Source: Octopus vulgaris
Lineage: Eukaryota
Assembly (NCBI GenBank): GCA_951406725.2
Contig: OX597835.1
Coordinates: 38,750,001-38,814,000 of the forward strand
Direction of reading: 5' to 3'
DNA: 64,000 bases
The position numbers were made by a program, and so were the translations under genes. Below the pieces are notes generated by a model. It saw only the letters and a list, made by a program, of their open reading frames with translations, made no database searches and was not told where the DNA came from. Of the stretch, positions 40,987 to 54,193 are shown piece by piece (the stretch's first letter is position 1; every line of letters starts with the position of its first letter).

Positions 40987-41130
40987 TGTGTGTGTGTGTG
41001 TGTGTGTGTGTAGAAGAGCGTAGGCTCGAAACGTAAAAGACCTTTTCTATTCCTGAGCGTTATGCTAATATATCTAATATATACACCACCTGTCTTCGTC
41101 TTTTTTATTTTTTTCGTAAACTCTCCCTAC
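40690..41130 (+). mobile_element. Penelope-type terminal repeat remnant in partial tandem (40690-40880 and 41013-41130) with a hammerhead-like motif
   Basis: CTTT-CTGTCGA-A-GAGC gtag GCTC-GAAACGTA-AAAG at 40769-40804. About 110 bp is repeated after a (TA)(TG) tract. Confidence 0.6.
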
Positions 41131-41829
41131 ATATATATATAAACATACACACACATAAACACACACACACACACAAAACATATATACGCATACATATATA
41201 TTAATGACAGTGTGTCTGGTGTATTGAATATTAAAAATAAAAATAAAAGTTGTTGAAAGAAGAAACAAATTAGTGGAATTTCATCGGTGTAGATTAAATA
41301 AAAATCAATTATATTAAATTACTAAAAACGTGTATCAACACTGGTAATAACAATGATAGATAAATTCAACGATACTAAAATGATAAATAAAAAAATTACA
41401 AAATAATTACAAATAGATACAAAATTTACAAAAAACTGCAAAACATTACAAAAATACCCAAAAAAATACACTCGTGTATTCAATATCTTTAAAACACATT
41501 TTAAGCGGTTGTAGATAAAGTTTTGATAGCTGTGCATTAAAAATCAACGTTGAGAAGTTTTTATGGGCTAAATTTCAATGTAAAAAACACTTCCATATAA
41601 TCTTAAAAGATGCATTTAAAAGTAAATGTTACAATAAAATAAAAATAAAAAAATAATAAAAACAAAGTAAAGATAAAAGTAGAGATATATAGTTTGTATC
41701 TAAAGGGTTTTTTTGGGGAAGGCGAAAGTGTAAAATGAAAGTTAATACAAAATGGTGCCGGTTTTATGTGGAAAAGGTCAAATTCAAATGTGAAAGTCAA
41801 TGTTATTCGTACGGTAGTTTTTCACTCAA

Positions 41830-43860
41830 CATTTTATACTTCGTGACGTGTTTGCGGGGATTTAAAAGTTCCAATCTTTTGTTCAGAGCGTATTTAGCCT
41901 GGAACAGGATGAAAACTTTTTTCAGTCAGGCACAAATCGCACCTCGTTGGGCCTTTATATGCTCCATGTTTGTATGGTGCTACCTTTTCCAAAATTGTCC
42001 GGCAGATTTCGAAAGGACGGGTATCATTTACTTTCAATTGCCAGACATGTTTAGCTAGACTCGTTGCTGACCTATTCTCAGGCTATCGAAATGAATTTCG
42101 ATGGGAATATAATCTAGTGTTGAAGGAATTTTCTGAGGCTCCTGTACATGTCTTGTATTCTTGAGTCATCTATTTGCACCATAGTTCTGTATGCTATTCG
42201 TTTCTCAAAGCAATTTCCTCCCAATGGACAGCAATTTTGTCTTTACAATTACAATTCTTGTTATTATTTCCAGCACTATGGTTACTCCTAACGGTTTTCG
42301 CGTTGTGCTGGTTAATTAAAGAGGCAAAACTCTTGCAGCAAGAGTTCTTGCAACAAAAGTTCTTCAGCCTTCTTCTATTAAAAATTCTTTGGAATGTATG
42401 CTTTGCTTGAAAGTGCTTAGAAACTAGTTTTAAGAATTCCCTCCCTATATTGGTTTTTACTGCAAAACTAAGTGTTGGATTAAACCACAAAACATTCCTA
42501 GTTCTACTTTCTACGTGCTCTATTATTGTTAGCTGTACTTTGACAATTCTTGATCTTCTCTGAGAATCCATTGTGTCTTAATGCATTATTATAATACGGC
42601 GCGGAATTTTGAAACGCTGTCTCGTCTGAAGATATGGAAGAAATGCGCCTTCCTATATTGCTAACTAGATTCTTAAATAGTATGGGTAGATGATTAGATC
42701 CTTTGTTACTATAATATAGCTTTACATTGAGCTTACGGTAGGGTTTTAATTTAATTGCAAAACTAAGTTAATATCTAAAAAAATCTACACTAGTTTCTAT
42801 CGTTATTCGTAAGGCCATTCTTTGGAAGAAATTTATGAGATTCTTCCTAAGTCTATCTAACTCATGACCATTCTTATTACGAGAGACTATTAGACTGTCA
42901 TCCTTGAATAATCCAGCATCTATAAAAGGGAATTCCAGATGCAGGTTGTGTAGAATATAAGCTCCTATATACATAATTCAGCACATCGAATAAAAGGCCC
43001 TCGCTTTTTTAATCCAGGTAGAATCGTCCTAAAAGAAGATGGATTTCCTTGCTTGCAGTGTAATATCTACATCCAAATTGTCGACGGAGACATATTGTTG
43101 GTGAGGCTTGATGCTTTAAGGAGTAACGGCCTTGACATTGACGGGTAGAACTCCGTGAATATCGAACTCCGTGAATTTGCAGTTACACTTATGGCCAAGA
43201 GTCAATCTATAACTGACTTACTATTGTTCTAAATCTGTAAATTTAATTCCATATTTAACTTGTTTAAAATATAATCTAAGATATTTTTGCTATTAATACC
43301 TATTTCTGTTTTAGCTGGGTTGATTAGCCTACATTTAGGGTTTCAACTAAAATTAGCTTTGTGGTCCTTAAGAGTGATAAAGGTTAGCGTGGGGGAAGGT
43401 ATCCTATCCTATCACTAACTTTAAGATTGGTAGCGATCCTTCTTACTTCCATAGTCACCTCTATATATAAGTTAGCGTTAGCTTTTTTATAAGTGTCTGT
43501 AATACTATTAGAAAGAAGTCGTTTTTAAAATCTTTTTCAATCGCTTAAAGATTTTTTTTCACGAAATTTTTATCTGAATTCTTAATGTTTCTAAATTTTT
43601 CGTTCATAGTTCCTAGAGCGAATTGGTTATTTTATGGAATTTTATCCTTCTATTAAGTTCGAAAAGGTCTTTTTTAAAAGCTTCTAATTCTAAAATAGGT
43701 GGCGGTTTTATTAGAAGATTTAAGTCCATACTTTTTCATATTAACCTGCAGCTCTTTCATGTCAATGAAATAAGCCCGCCATCTTATTCTTCGGAAAAAA
43801 TCTTCCGTTTTTTCTAATCAGATTTTTGATTTAGTGCATCTGCGTCAGGATCGGTATGTT
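41830..43860 (-). mobile_element. Decayed Penelope-like element ORF (RT plus GIY-YIG endonuclease) with many stops and frameshifts
   Basis: Motifs in order on the minus strand: GLFKDDSL (RT catalytic motif, YRDDG-like); RNVLWFNPTLSFAVKTNIGREFLKLV; CNCKDK; YTGASENSFNTRLYSHRNSF; TSLAKHVWQLK; RCDLCLTEK; LNKRLELL. Confidence 0.9.
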
Positions 43861-43919
43861 TTTTTTATAGAAAAATCCAACTGGTAGATTTCCATTTTTT
43901 CTGCTGTTTCTTCTTCTTA

Positions 43920-44104
43920 CCTGTGGAGAGTCAGCAACTGCGTGTATTGGGCCCTATTCAAATTACCATTAATTTTAACCACTTTTCTTGAGCCATCACT
44001 TTTTATGTATCCCCAAAGCATCAGACTCTTACGCCTAAACTTCACTCTTTCCGTCGTGTGCCGTAGGTCGTTTTGCTTTCTCATAAGCGAAGCGAAACGA
44101 CCCA
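43920..44104 (-). mobile_element. Tc1 transposase fragment, inverted relative to its neighbour
   Basis: VKFRRKSLMLWGYIKSDGSRKVVKINGNLN. Confidence 0.8.
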
Positions 44105-44106
44105 CG

Positions 44107-44872
44107 TTACACGACGGAAACAGTGAACTTTGGCGGTAACTGTCTGATGCTTTGGGGATACATAAAATGTGATGGTTCAAGAAAGTTGTTTAAAATTGAC
44201 GGTAACTTTATTGGTGCCAAATACTTCAAGCTGCTGAAGGACAACTTGATACCAGACTTGGATGAAGGAGAGATTTTCCAGCATAACGGAGCTCCATGCC
44301 ACAAAGTCTGGCTGATGAAGTTGTTACCATATTGAAAGATTAGCAGGCTCAGAGCCCTGACTTAAATATCATCGAGCAAATGTGGACAGAACTAAACAGA
44401 AGAGTTCGTCAGAAGAATCCACGCAATCTTGAAGGGCTGTGGGAGCTCAGCCACAGAGAATGGCATCTTATACCTGTCAAGATAGTGAAGGATTTGTACG
44501 CATCTCTTCCTAGGCGCATTGAAGCAGTTATTCAAGCTAAGGTAAGCCACACGAAAGATTAACAATGTACAGTAACTTCCTGAAATGAACTTTATGTAAT
44601 ATTATAGACATTTTCTTTCGTTTTAAAATACTGTGTCTTAACCGGTTTTATGTCAGGTGGCCGAAAACTTTTGCACGGCCATTTTTGGTGGTCGTCTCGC
44701 ATCTTCCTCTCTCATTCAGAACTCCTACTACAAAATATAATGATTAGCTTTGGAAATGGCTCCAACAGGGCCAACGTTTCATCTGTAAAAATTGCAATGC
44801 GAAACATCCACTTATAAGTTGGCCATTAGTAGAAATTAACAACAGTAGCTGAAGGCTTTTGCACGGTACTGT
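44107..44872 (+). mobile_element. Tc1-family transposon 3' half (DD34E region, pseudogenised) with a right end of IR/DR type
   Basis: LMLWG...EIFQHNGAPCH...AQSPDLNIIEQMWTEL...SLPRRIEAVIQAK. The end is CTTTTGCACGGTACTG-TA, with an inner repeat CTTTTGCACGG at about 44668. Confidence 0.9.
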
Positions 44873-44944
44873 ATACATACATACATACATACATACATAT
44901 AACAAAAGACGAACATACATATATACAAAATATAATAAAAAGTC

Positions 44945-45026
<82 letters not shown>

Positions 45027-45029
<3 letters not shown>

Positions 45030-45152
45030 GTGAAGGAAAAAATTCGTGCGCCGTTTTAAAATAATGTTGTTTATTATATATTTTTGTGGTGGCGTGTGTG
45101 TTTATTCAGTGAACATTATTTTAACACGACACACGAACTTTTCCTCAACCTA
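45027..45152. mobile_element. Tiny mariner-type MITE
   Basis: TAGGTGAAGGAAAAAATTCGTG ... CACGAACTTTTCCTCAACCTA imperfect TIRs. Confidence 0.65.
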
Positions 45153-45482
45153 GTATATATGTATATATGCATATATATATATATGGAGGTAATAAAATCT
45201 TTTAAGTGTTTAGGGACTCTATGTATGGGTCTTAATTCGGTCGTATTACTGGGTTTCTCAAGAAGAACCCTACAATTCTCCCTTTTTTTTTCAGCAGAAT
45301 TCCGAAGACACGAAAGCAGTTTTGTCCTGCCTTGTTAAATTATTTCCTGAATCCTTGATGGAATTCTCAGGTGAGTTCGGCTAAATAACGGAAAGCCGGA
45401 AGCTAAATATCAAACAAGTACTCATTTTTAAGTTGGTCAAGGTAATCATTTTAAAGTCAAGGCTGATGAGGTTACTCTAGGT

Positions 45483-46023
45483 CAGGGGGCGGCGAACCGG
45501 GGTAAATTACCCGAAGTGGGGGTAAAAATGAAATTCTTAGGAGTAATGAGGTCTTATTATACATAAATAAAATGATATAAAAATCGTGTTCCTTGTTACA
45601 ACAGAAAGTTTTTTTCCGGCATGAGGAGGTAGTCAAAAAATTGCTACCTTTTGCAACAACCTACTTTTGCTAACAAGGTTTTTCCATTAATCGATTGAAC
45701 CCCGAAGAGTCTATCCAAATTGCTCTGGCGCCAAAATGCCCCAATTTTGATGTAATTGTAACAAAAATGAAACAACATCATTTCTCCAAACCTGAAGTGA
45801 AAAAGTTTCTAGAAAAATCCTTTTGTTTCATAATGAGGATATTTATTTCATCGCATTTTTAAAATACTTTTTATATTTATATTTGTATTCTCGATATCAA
45901 TAGATCCAATAAACCTTTTGAATTCAAAGAATCTACGGTTTTTCTTCCTTTCAAATCAAAACGTTGGCGTAAATAATATATATTTTGGGATAATTAGTTT
46001 TAAAAAATGTTCCCCGACCCCTA
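45483..46023 (+). mobile_element. Non-autonomous hAT (Buster/Charlie-type) element
   Basis: TIRs CAGGGGGCGGCGAAC / GTTCCCCGACCCCTA, an 8-bp TSD CTCTAGGT / CTCTAGCT, and a dimerisation-domain remnant LLPFATTYFC*QGFS. Confidence 0.85.
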
Positions 46024-46179
46024 CTCTAGCTCGTGGGATGCTACCTTTTCAGGCGTCAGCGTTCAGTATGCCACAGTACTGTTGAACTGTATTGATGTAG
46101 TCTGACAAAACCCCACCCAAAAATAACAAAAATTCAGAGGTAATAAAGGGTCTGCAATACACACATCTCCCCATATATA

Positions 46180-46742
46180 TTGGGTTGTCCACAAAGTTCG
46201 TGCCGATTTATAGTAGCTTATCTTTCGACTTGAGAACATGGTTGAGTCCATGAAATAGGATTTGACTACACCTCCATTTAGAGCAAAGTTTAAGCTATCT
46301 TTTCGTGGAAGTAAGTTTGTGTTCCTATACCCTGTGTTAATTCTGTAACCCTTTAAAATGGAAGATAAGAAAGTTCATTTTAGGCACTTGATGCTTCAGG
46401 GAGCAGACAAAAATTGCTACAGCTCGGCTGTGATGTGTTACCCCACCCTCCATATTCACCAGATATTGCTCCTTCGGATTTCCACTTATTCAGGTCTCTG
46501 CAGAATAATCTTAATAGTAAAAATTTCAATTCCTTGGACGACGTAAAAAGATACCTTGATGAATTCTTTGCCACGTAAACACCTCAATTCTGGGAAGAAG
46601 GTATTTTCATGTTAAAGGAAAGATGGAGACGCATTGTGCAACAAAATGGTTCATATTTGCTTAATTAAAAATGTAATGGCAAGTATTTATTGACCTTTTT
46701 CTTTCCTTTAAAAAATCGGTACGAACTTTCTGTACAACCCAA
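46180..46742 (+). mobile_element. Internally deleted mariner element (563 bp)
   Basis: About 30-bp TIRs TTGGGTTGTCCACAAAGTTCGTGCCGATTT / AAATCGGTACGAACTTTCTGTACAACCCAA with TA flanks. N-terminal MEDKKVHFRHLML is joined to LPHPPYSPDIAPSDFHLFRSLQ...ERWRRIVQQNGSY. Confidence 0.92.
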
Positions 46743-46765
46743 TATATATATATATATATATATAT

Positions 46766-46993
46766 AAATTAGAAAAACCACCTTTTATCAATTCAAACTG
46801 AACAATTAAATTCACCGTCTAGAAAATTACATATAATACCAAATATATACGTTTGTATTATTATTTTGAAATTTACTTAATCATCGGTATATTATTGTTA
46901 TTTTAATTCTAATATTTCTATTATATGTAATTTTCTAGATGGTGTAATTTAATTGTTCAGTCTGAATTGATAAAAGGTGGTTTTTTCTCAATT

Positions 46994-47042
<49 letters not shown>

Positions 47043-47310
47043 CTTATATATATATATATATATTATATTTTGTGAAATTCGATTTAGTATTACTAAATTG
47101 AATTTATCCCTGTAAGTTAGGAATAATATTTCCTCCCCCTTCGAAACACGCTGGAGTTGAACTAGGGACAGCTGATGAAGGGGATTTTTCCTTGTGTAGT
47201 TTGTCTTGTACTCTGTTTTTTTCGTTTAGGTCCGTTTCCACGTTTGTTTTTACTTTTTCGTTTCTCATTGAGTTCTACGTCTATTTGTGGTGTCCTGTAC
47301 TCACGTATAT
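46766..47310. mobile_element. Probable Penelope-type terminal remnant: ~73-bp inverted repeat (46766-46838 / 46919-46994) plus hammerhead core boxes at 47142-47185
   Basis: The inverted arms are seen directly. A related fragment lies at about 57240-57340. Confidence 0.5.
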
Positions 47311-47399
47311 ATATTTATATATGCATGTATATATACATGTAGATGTAGGTACGTACATATATGTATGTATGTATGCATATATTTTATTTATTACACTAT

Positions 47400-47487
<88 letters not shown>

Positions 47488-48284
47488 TGTATGTATGTAC
47501 ACCATATTTCGAAGGGGGTGTAAACTAGCGAATGGAGAATATATACTCGCACATATACGGATACATACATATAAATGTTTGTGTGTGTGTATGAATGTAT
47601 GCAAGTGTGAGAGCATGTATTAGAAAGTTTCTATGCCTGAGTGACTGAGTGCGTACCTCCTCTCCACCCCCCCTTCCACCCCACCACACCACCCTTCTAT
47701 GTTCTCTACGTTACTACAAATTATTTAGGTTATGCCTACCTACATATCGATCTCTCAACGCCTGCTTTACAACAATCCTACAACAGAAGCACGCTTGTTC
47801 CTCGCTGAAGTAAAAACACACTCAATAACACTTTATTTCGCTCTCAAAATATTCCCCCCACCCCTCTTCTCCTTTTCTCTTTCTATCACTCTCTCTCTCT
47901 CTCTCCCTACCTTGCTTTCATTCTGTCTTTCTCTCCACCGTGTATTTCACACGCTTTAACTCACAACCGTCCACACATACTCGCGCGCGCACACACACAC
48001 ACACACAATACACACACACAACATACACATATACACATCACCTTCTCTCTCTCTCTCCACCCCTTTATGTGTCATCTTTCTATGTTTCGCTCGGCTTCAA
48101 CTTAATTTCTTTTTTTTACACTCTCTTTGTTTCTGTCTTTCTCCCTCTCGTTCTCTCTCATTCTCTCTTTTTTCTTTCTCTCTCTGTATTTATAGATACA
48201 CACACTATAGATATACATATATACATATATATATAATTATATATATATTTGTAAGTATATACATAAACATATATATATATATAT

Positions 48285-48323
<39 letters not shown>

Positions 48324-48596
48324 TAAATGTACATATATATATATCTGTATACATATACAATTATTTATACATATATGTACATATATATGTAAATATATAT
48401 ATTACATACATATCTACATATATATGTGCGTATACATATATATATATATATATATAGACATATGCATTTATATATATATATATATATACATACATATATA
48501 TACATATATATACATATATCGTATATATATACATACATATATATACATATATATATATATTCTATATATATATATATTCATATATATACATATATA

Positions 48597-48636
<40 letters not shown>

Positions 48637-49113
48637 TACATATATATATATATATATGCATATATATATATGCATACATATATATATATATATATATGCA
48701 TATATATATATATATACATATCTATATGAAAATATACATTCATACATATATATATATATACATACACGCACACACACATATATGTATTTATATACACGCA
48801 CACACATCTCTCCCCCTCTCTCTTACCCTGAATTTTGTCCATGCTTATCCATGCCACTCTCTCTTGCTGGTCCACGAACTCCATATTTTGTTGTTTCCCC
48901 CCTACTCCCGCCCCTCTCCCTCTCTCTCTCAATCTCTCTGAGAAATCGTTTATTTGTGGATGGGATGTGTGTGTGTGAACGCGCCAGTGTGTATGTGTGT
49001 GTGTGTGTGTGTGTGCGCGCAGGCGTTTGTGTGTACATGTGAGCATAATGAAGCCAGTTTATTCATTTCCCTAACTGCCTACCCTGAATATCTGACTCAT
49101 CAATCGGGTATCA

Positions 49114-49209
<96 letters not shown>

Positions 49210-49423
49210 CCCTCTCTCTCTCTGTATGTCTAACCATCTGTCTGTCTGTCTGTCTGTCTATTTGTGTAGTTATCTATCTACTATCCGCCTGTCTGTCTTT
49301 CTATTTGTCTGTCTGTCTATCTATCTTTCTACATTTATCTATCTACCTACCTGCCTACCTGCCTGTCTGTTTTTCCATCTAGCCATCCAGCCATCCAATC
49401 GTCTGTCTGTCTGTGTGTCTGTG

Positions 49424-49509
<86 letters not shown>

Positions 49510-49594
49510 CCTATCTATGTGTGTATGTACCTACCTACCTCCCTACCTCCCTCCCGCCCTACCTACTTACCTACCTACATACCTACTTACCAAC

Positions 49595-49659
<65 letters not shown>

Positions 49660-50653
49660 AATCTCTACTCTCAGTACAGACATGCTCACATTCTGATATG
49701 GAGCCCTGTGTACGCACACGCGTTTACACAGGTGTAGTTGCTTATGTGGTGTATATGAGTATATATATATATATATATTTAATTATGAAAATAATAGGTG
49801 TCGTATACAATATTGATTTCTTAGGCGTAATGTTTATACATAAATTTCATGCGTACGTATGTGTGTATACGTGAACGAAAGTGCCTGCCTTTGCGTGTAT
49901 GCATGTGATATATATATGTGTGTGTGTTGGTGTTTGTATATACGTATGCGTATGTGGATAGAATAAAAGAGAGAAGTATAAATACGTAAAGAGATAACGT
50001 GCGAATTCTATAAATATATATCAAAACAACGTAAAAACGAGCGTTGTAATTTGCTTGAAGCATTGTAACATAAAAGTAACATAAAAAAATGACGAAGATG
50101 AAGAGCTTCTTACAATGTTTTATAAGCTTTATATTTCGGGTAGAAAGTCCCCTCTTCAGATCGATGCAGATGTGGTTCTAAGCAGTACAGGCCATGTTGA
50201 TCGTTGTGCGAATAGCAATCCCGCTGTGTCTGTCTGAATGTTGTTGGCAAAAATTTTAGGAGAGCATCTTTTGCCATAGCCCCTGGTCAACCGATGACTT
50301 GTGAGTGAATTTTATGCACAGAAACCGTGCGGAAGCCCATCGAATACATATGTCTACGTGTGCGTGTGAATTGTGTGTGTATGTGTGCATGTTTGAGTCT
50401 GTTTGTCCTGTACAGTACTTGACAACCGATGTTGGTTTGTTTACGTTCTCTCAACTTAGTAGTTCGTCAAAACGGGATCGATGGAATAAGTATCAAACTT
50501 TAAAAAAAAGTAAGTGCAAGAGTCGATTTCTTGTATATACATGTACATAAGCCTGTGTTCGTGCGCATGCGTGTGTATGTGTCAAGATGCATGCATAAAC
50601 ACCAAACGTACATAAATATTTGTACATACATACATACGAATACACACACACAA

Positions 50654-50684
<31 letters not shown>

Positions 50685-51819
50685 GCTTAAATAATTTGTG
50701 AAAACGGATGTCCAAATCAATCAGGTACAACCCTTCAGCATTACCTGCATCTGCATATCGTACCTTGGGGTCTTATTTATCATATATTTATATATTAATC
50801 TAGAAATAGACAAAATATCTAATAAGTCAATAATAATTCAGTTTTGGGGATTAATAGATATGCGGGTATTCTATTTCAAATTATACCCCAAAAAATAATA
50901 ACCTTATGAGTAGATCTGAAAGTAAACTCATGGTATCCATTTGCACATCACAAAATAATCTACATATATATATATATAGAGAGAGAGAGGGGGGAGAAAG
51001 AGAGAGTGAATGAGAAAGTGAATGAGTGAGTGAGAGAGAGAGAGAAAGAGAACACGAGGAACGCTGAGGAACCTTGTTTCGGAGAACAAATTTCTCTCCA
51101 CAGATTTCGTGCGTTAAATAGCGCACAAGACTTGGATACCTTAGGTACGTTATGCCGCAAGCGACGTCAAACTTGATGACCACTACATAAGGTTATCTTT
51201 TAAGTCATGTTTAACACCTTCATAGCCCTGTTAAACAGGGAATTGTTGCTTCCGGGACGTATCTAGGTGTCGCGTGTTCAACTGATATTTCTTCTCCAGG
51301 TGCCATTTGAAAATTGTATGGGATTTTTTTCGGGAAAATGCTGAATGCAACAGGGGTAATTCAGGTAAAGCTGTATGGTAATTTTGTTACGTGATGTGAG
51401 CTCGGATTTTCTAGGGGCCGTTTGGGTTAGGAGCCAAACCTTGGGTAATTTGTGAATATGATACCGGTTCCGTTTTGGCAATGTTGATGGAATAATTTTC
51501 TGCATTCTACAATTGATATAACGCTCTCGGTTTGAACTCGCGGTTTAAACTCTAAGTTGCTTCAAATGATTTTGTTTTGTGTTGGGAGTCCAGAGTGGGG
51601 CAGCAACGTTCATTCAAGGTGAGAACTGGCGAACCTGGAGAAGAGAGAGGAAACGGTAACAGAATTACTGAACTGGAAAGGTGTGTGCCTGTATACACAT
51701 GTACATATAAATACATACATGCACACACAGAGGTACATACAGCGGTACACAAACGTATATATTAATACATCCTTTCAAATATATATGAGTGTATGTGTGT
51801 GTATCTATCTACACACACA

Positions 51820-51913
<94 letters not shown>

Positions 51914-52239
51914 GTATATAAGACTGTTTGTATGTGTATGTATATATATGAATGCACATGCACATATGTACGTGCATACATCTGCACGTATACATGTCCT
52001 TACATGCAAAGATAAAGCAGTAAATATATCCATCCATTACGTTCACACGCACACACACACACACACACACACATTCACACACACATACATACACACATAG
52101 ATGCCTTCCCTTAGATCTCTGTGTACGTCTGTTAGTAGGTTTCAGTGTTTTTTCACGCCCTAACGCCTCTTCACGTATATTCTCTCTCTCTCTCTCCCTT
52201 ACTCTCTCTCTCTCTCTCTCTCAGTCTCTATCTCACTCG

Positions 52240-52277
<38 letters not shown>

Positions 52278-52355
52278 TACATACACAAACACATCCACTC
52301 ACAAAACCTTTATCCTATACAAAAACACGAACAATTCACGTGATGCATGGCCGGG

Positions 52356-52464
<109 letters not shown>

Positions 52465-52874
52465 CAAATGTATATACATATATATGTGCATGTATAAAAG
52501 GCAGGCAACTGTTTAATGGCGAACAAAAGGGGCTATTCAGCTACGTTATAGATTGAATAGGGTTCCATGAAATTTTATGAGGGGGTTTGTGGTTGTACAC
52601 ATAGTGAGGCGTATATGTATGTGTGTGTATATGAATGTACTTTTGGACTTACATCTATATATTGAATAGTGAGAGAGAGAGAGAGAGAGAGAGAGACGGT
52701 ATGTGTGTGTGTGTGTGTGTGTGTTTCTGTGTGTGCCGGTGAGTCTGTTTGTGTTGAGAATGCAGGCACGAGTGTGCGCATGTGTGCTTCTGTGTTTTAC
52801 AATTGGGTATTGTGTATGTGAACGAGCGTGTGTTTATATAAATAGATATGTGTATAAATACGTGTGTGTAAGCA

Positions 52875-52915
<41 letters not shown>

Positions 52916-52927
52916 ATAGATACGTAA

Positions 52928-53010
<83 letters not shown>

Positions 53011-53422
53011 CAGATAAACAGCTAGATATGTATGTATGTATAAGACAAGGTATAAATAACGATCATTACATATTTTACCTTTATTAGAGTAAACATGGCT
53101 TACAGCTGTTTCCAGTAATCATTATAGGTACGTTACTGCTACGTTTAGTCAATTGGTCTACTGATCAATTGAGAAAAATTGAACGCATTAAAAACAATTA
53201 TTGCTACTTTCGTCGGAGCCATTTCTGATTTTATACACGCACACACATACACACACACATATATATGTATATATGTCGATGGGTGAATGAATTATCCTAT
53301 GTTTACCGTTAACATGGAAAATTCAATGAACCGTTACCAGAAACTCGGTTGAAGCGACCTATCCTAAGGTAGAAACTCCGGGTTAATGTGCAGTAATTTG
53401 TGTGTTATAAATGAATAAATAA

Positions 53423-53570
53423 ATGAATAAATAAATGGAGTTGAACGAAGATGTTAATAAAATTCCTTTACTTTCGACATGTTTTAAAACCATGTTGTCT
53501 TCGAAATATATGTCGAAAGTAAAGCAATTTTATTAACATCTTCGTTCAACTCCGTTGATTTATTTATTCA

Positions 53571-53571
<1 letters not shown>
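53423..53571. repeat. Fold-back with ~58-bp arms
   Basis: GGAGTTGAACGAAGATGTTAATAAAATTCCTTTACTTTCGACAT / ATGTCGAAAGTAAAGCAATTTTATTAACATCTTCGTTCAACTCC. Confidence 0.9.
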
Positions 53572-53657
<86 letters not shown>

Positions 53658-53807
53658 TTAAAAATAGGATAAAATCTTTATAAAAATTTATCAAATAGTC
53701 AGCATGAAAAACCTCATAATGGAAAAGTGTATTTATTATGGTAGTTTTAACTTGAAGAGTCCCTCATAGCGTGAGACATTTAAGTGTAGTAATGCACTTA
53801 ATATATA

Positions 53808-54193
53808 TTTTTATATATAAAAGTGAAATTGTGTGTCTGTCTCCTATGATTTAGATTCCCACAATTTGCAGTGCAGTTTAACCAAAACCGGGTATCTTAT
53901 AGTCGTGATTCATATCGAGCCCTTCTGGGTATTAGCGCGCATCTACGATGTGTCTACGATTTTTAAAATAATTTACCATCATTTTTTTCCATTTTAATGC
54001 ATTTTTTTCGCTGTTATATAAGGGAAGTACCTCTCTAAAAATGTCTACGATGAGTCAACGATTTAAAAAAAATTTACCATCATTTTTTTCCATTTTTAAT
54101 GCATCTTTTTGCTATTTTTTGGCTATAACTCTCTAAAAATGCTTATATAGTTATTTCCCTTACAAACCCGAGCAACGCCGGGCGATACTGCTA

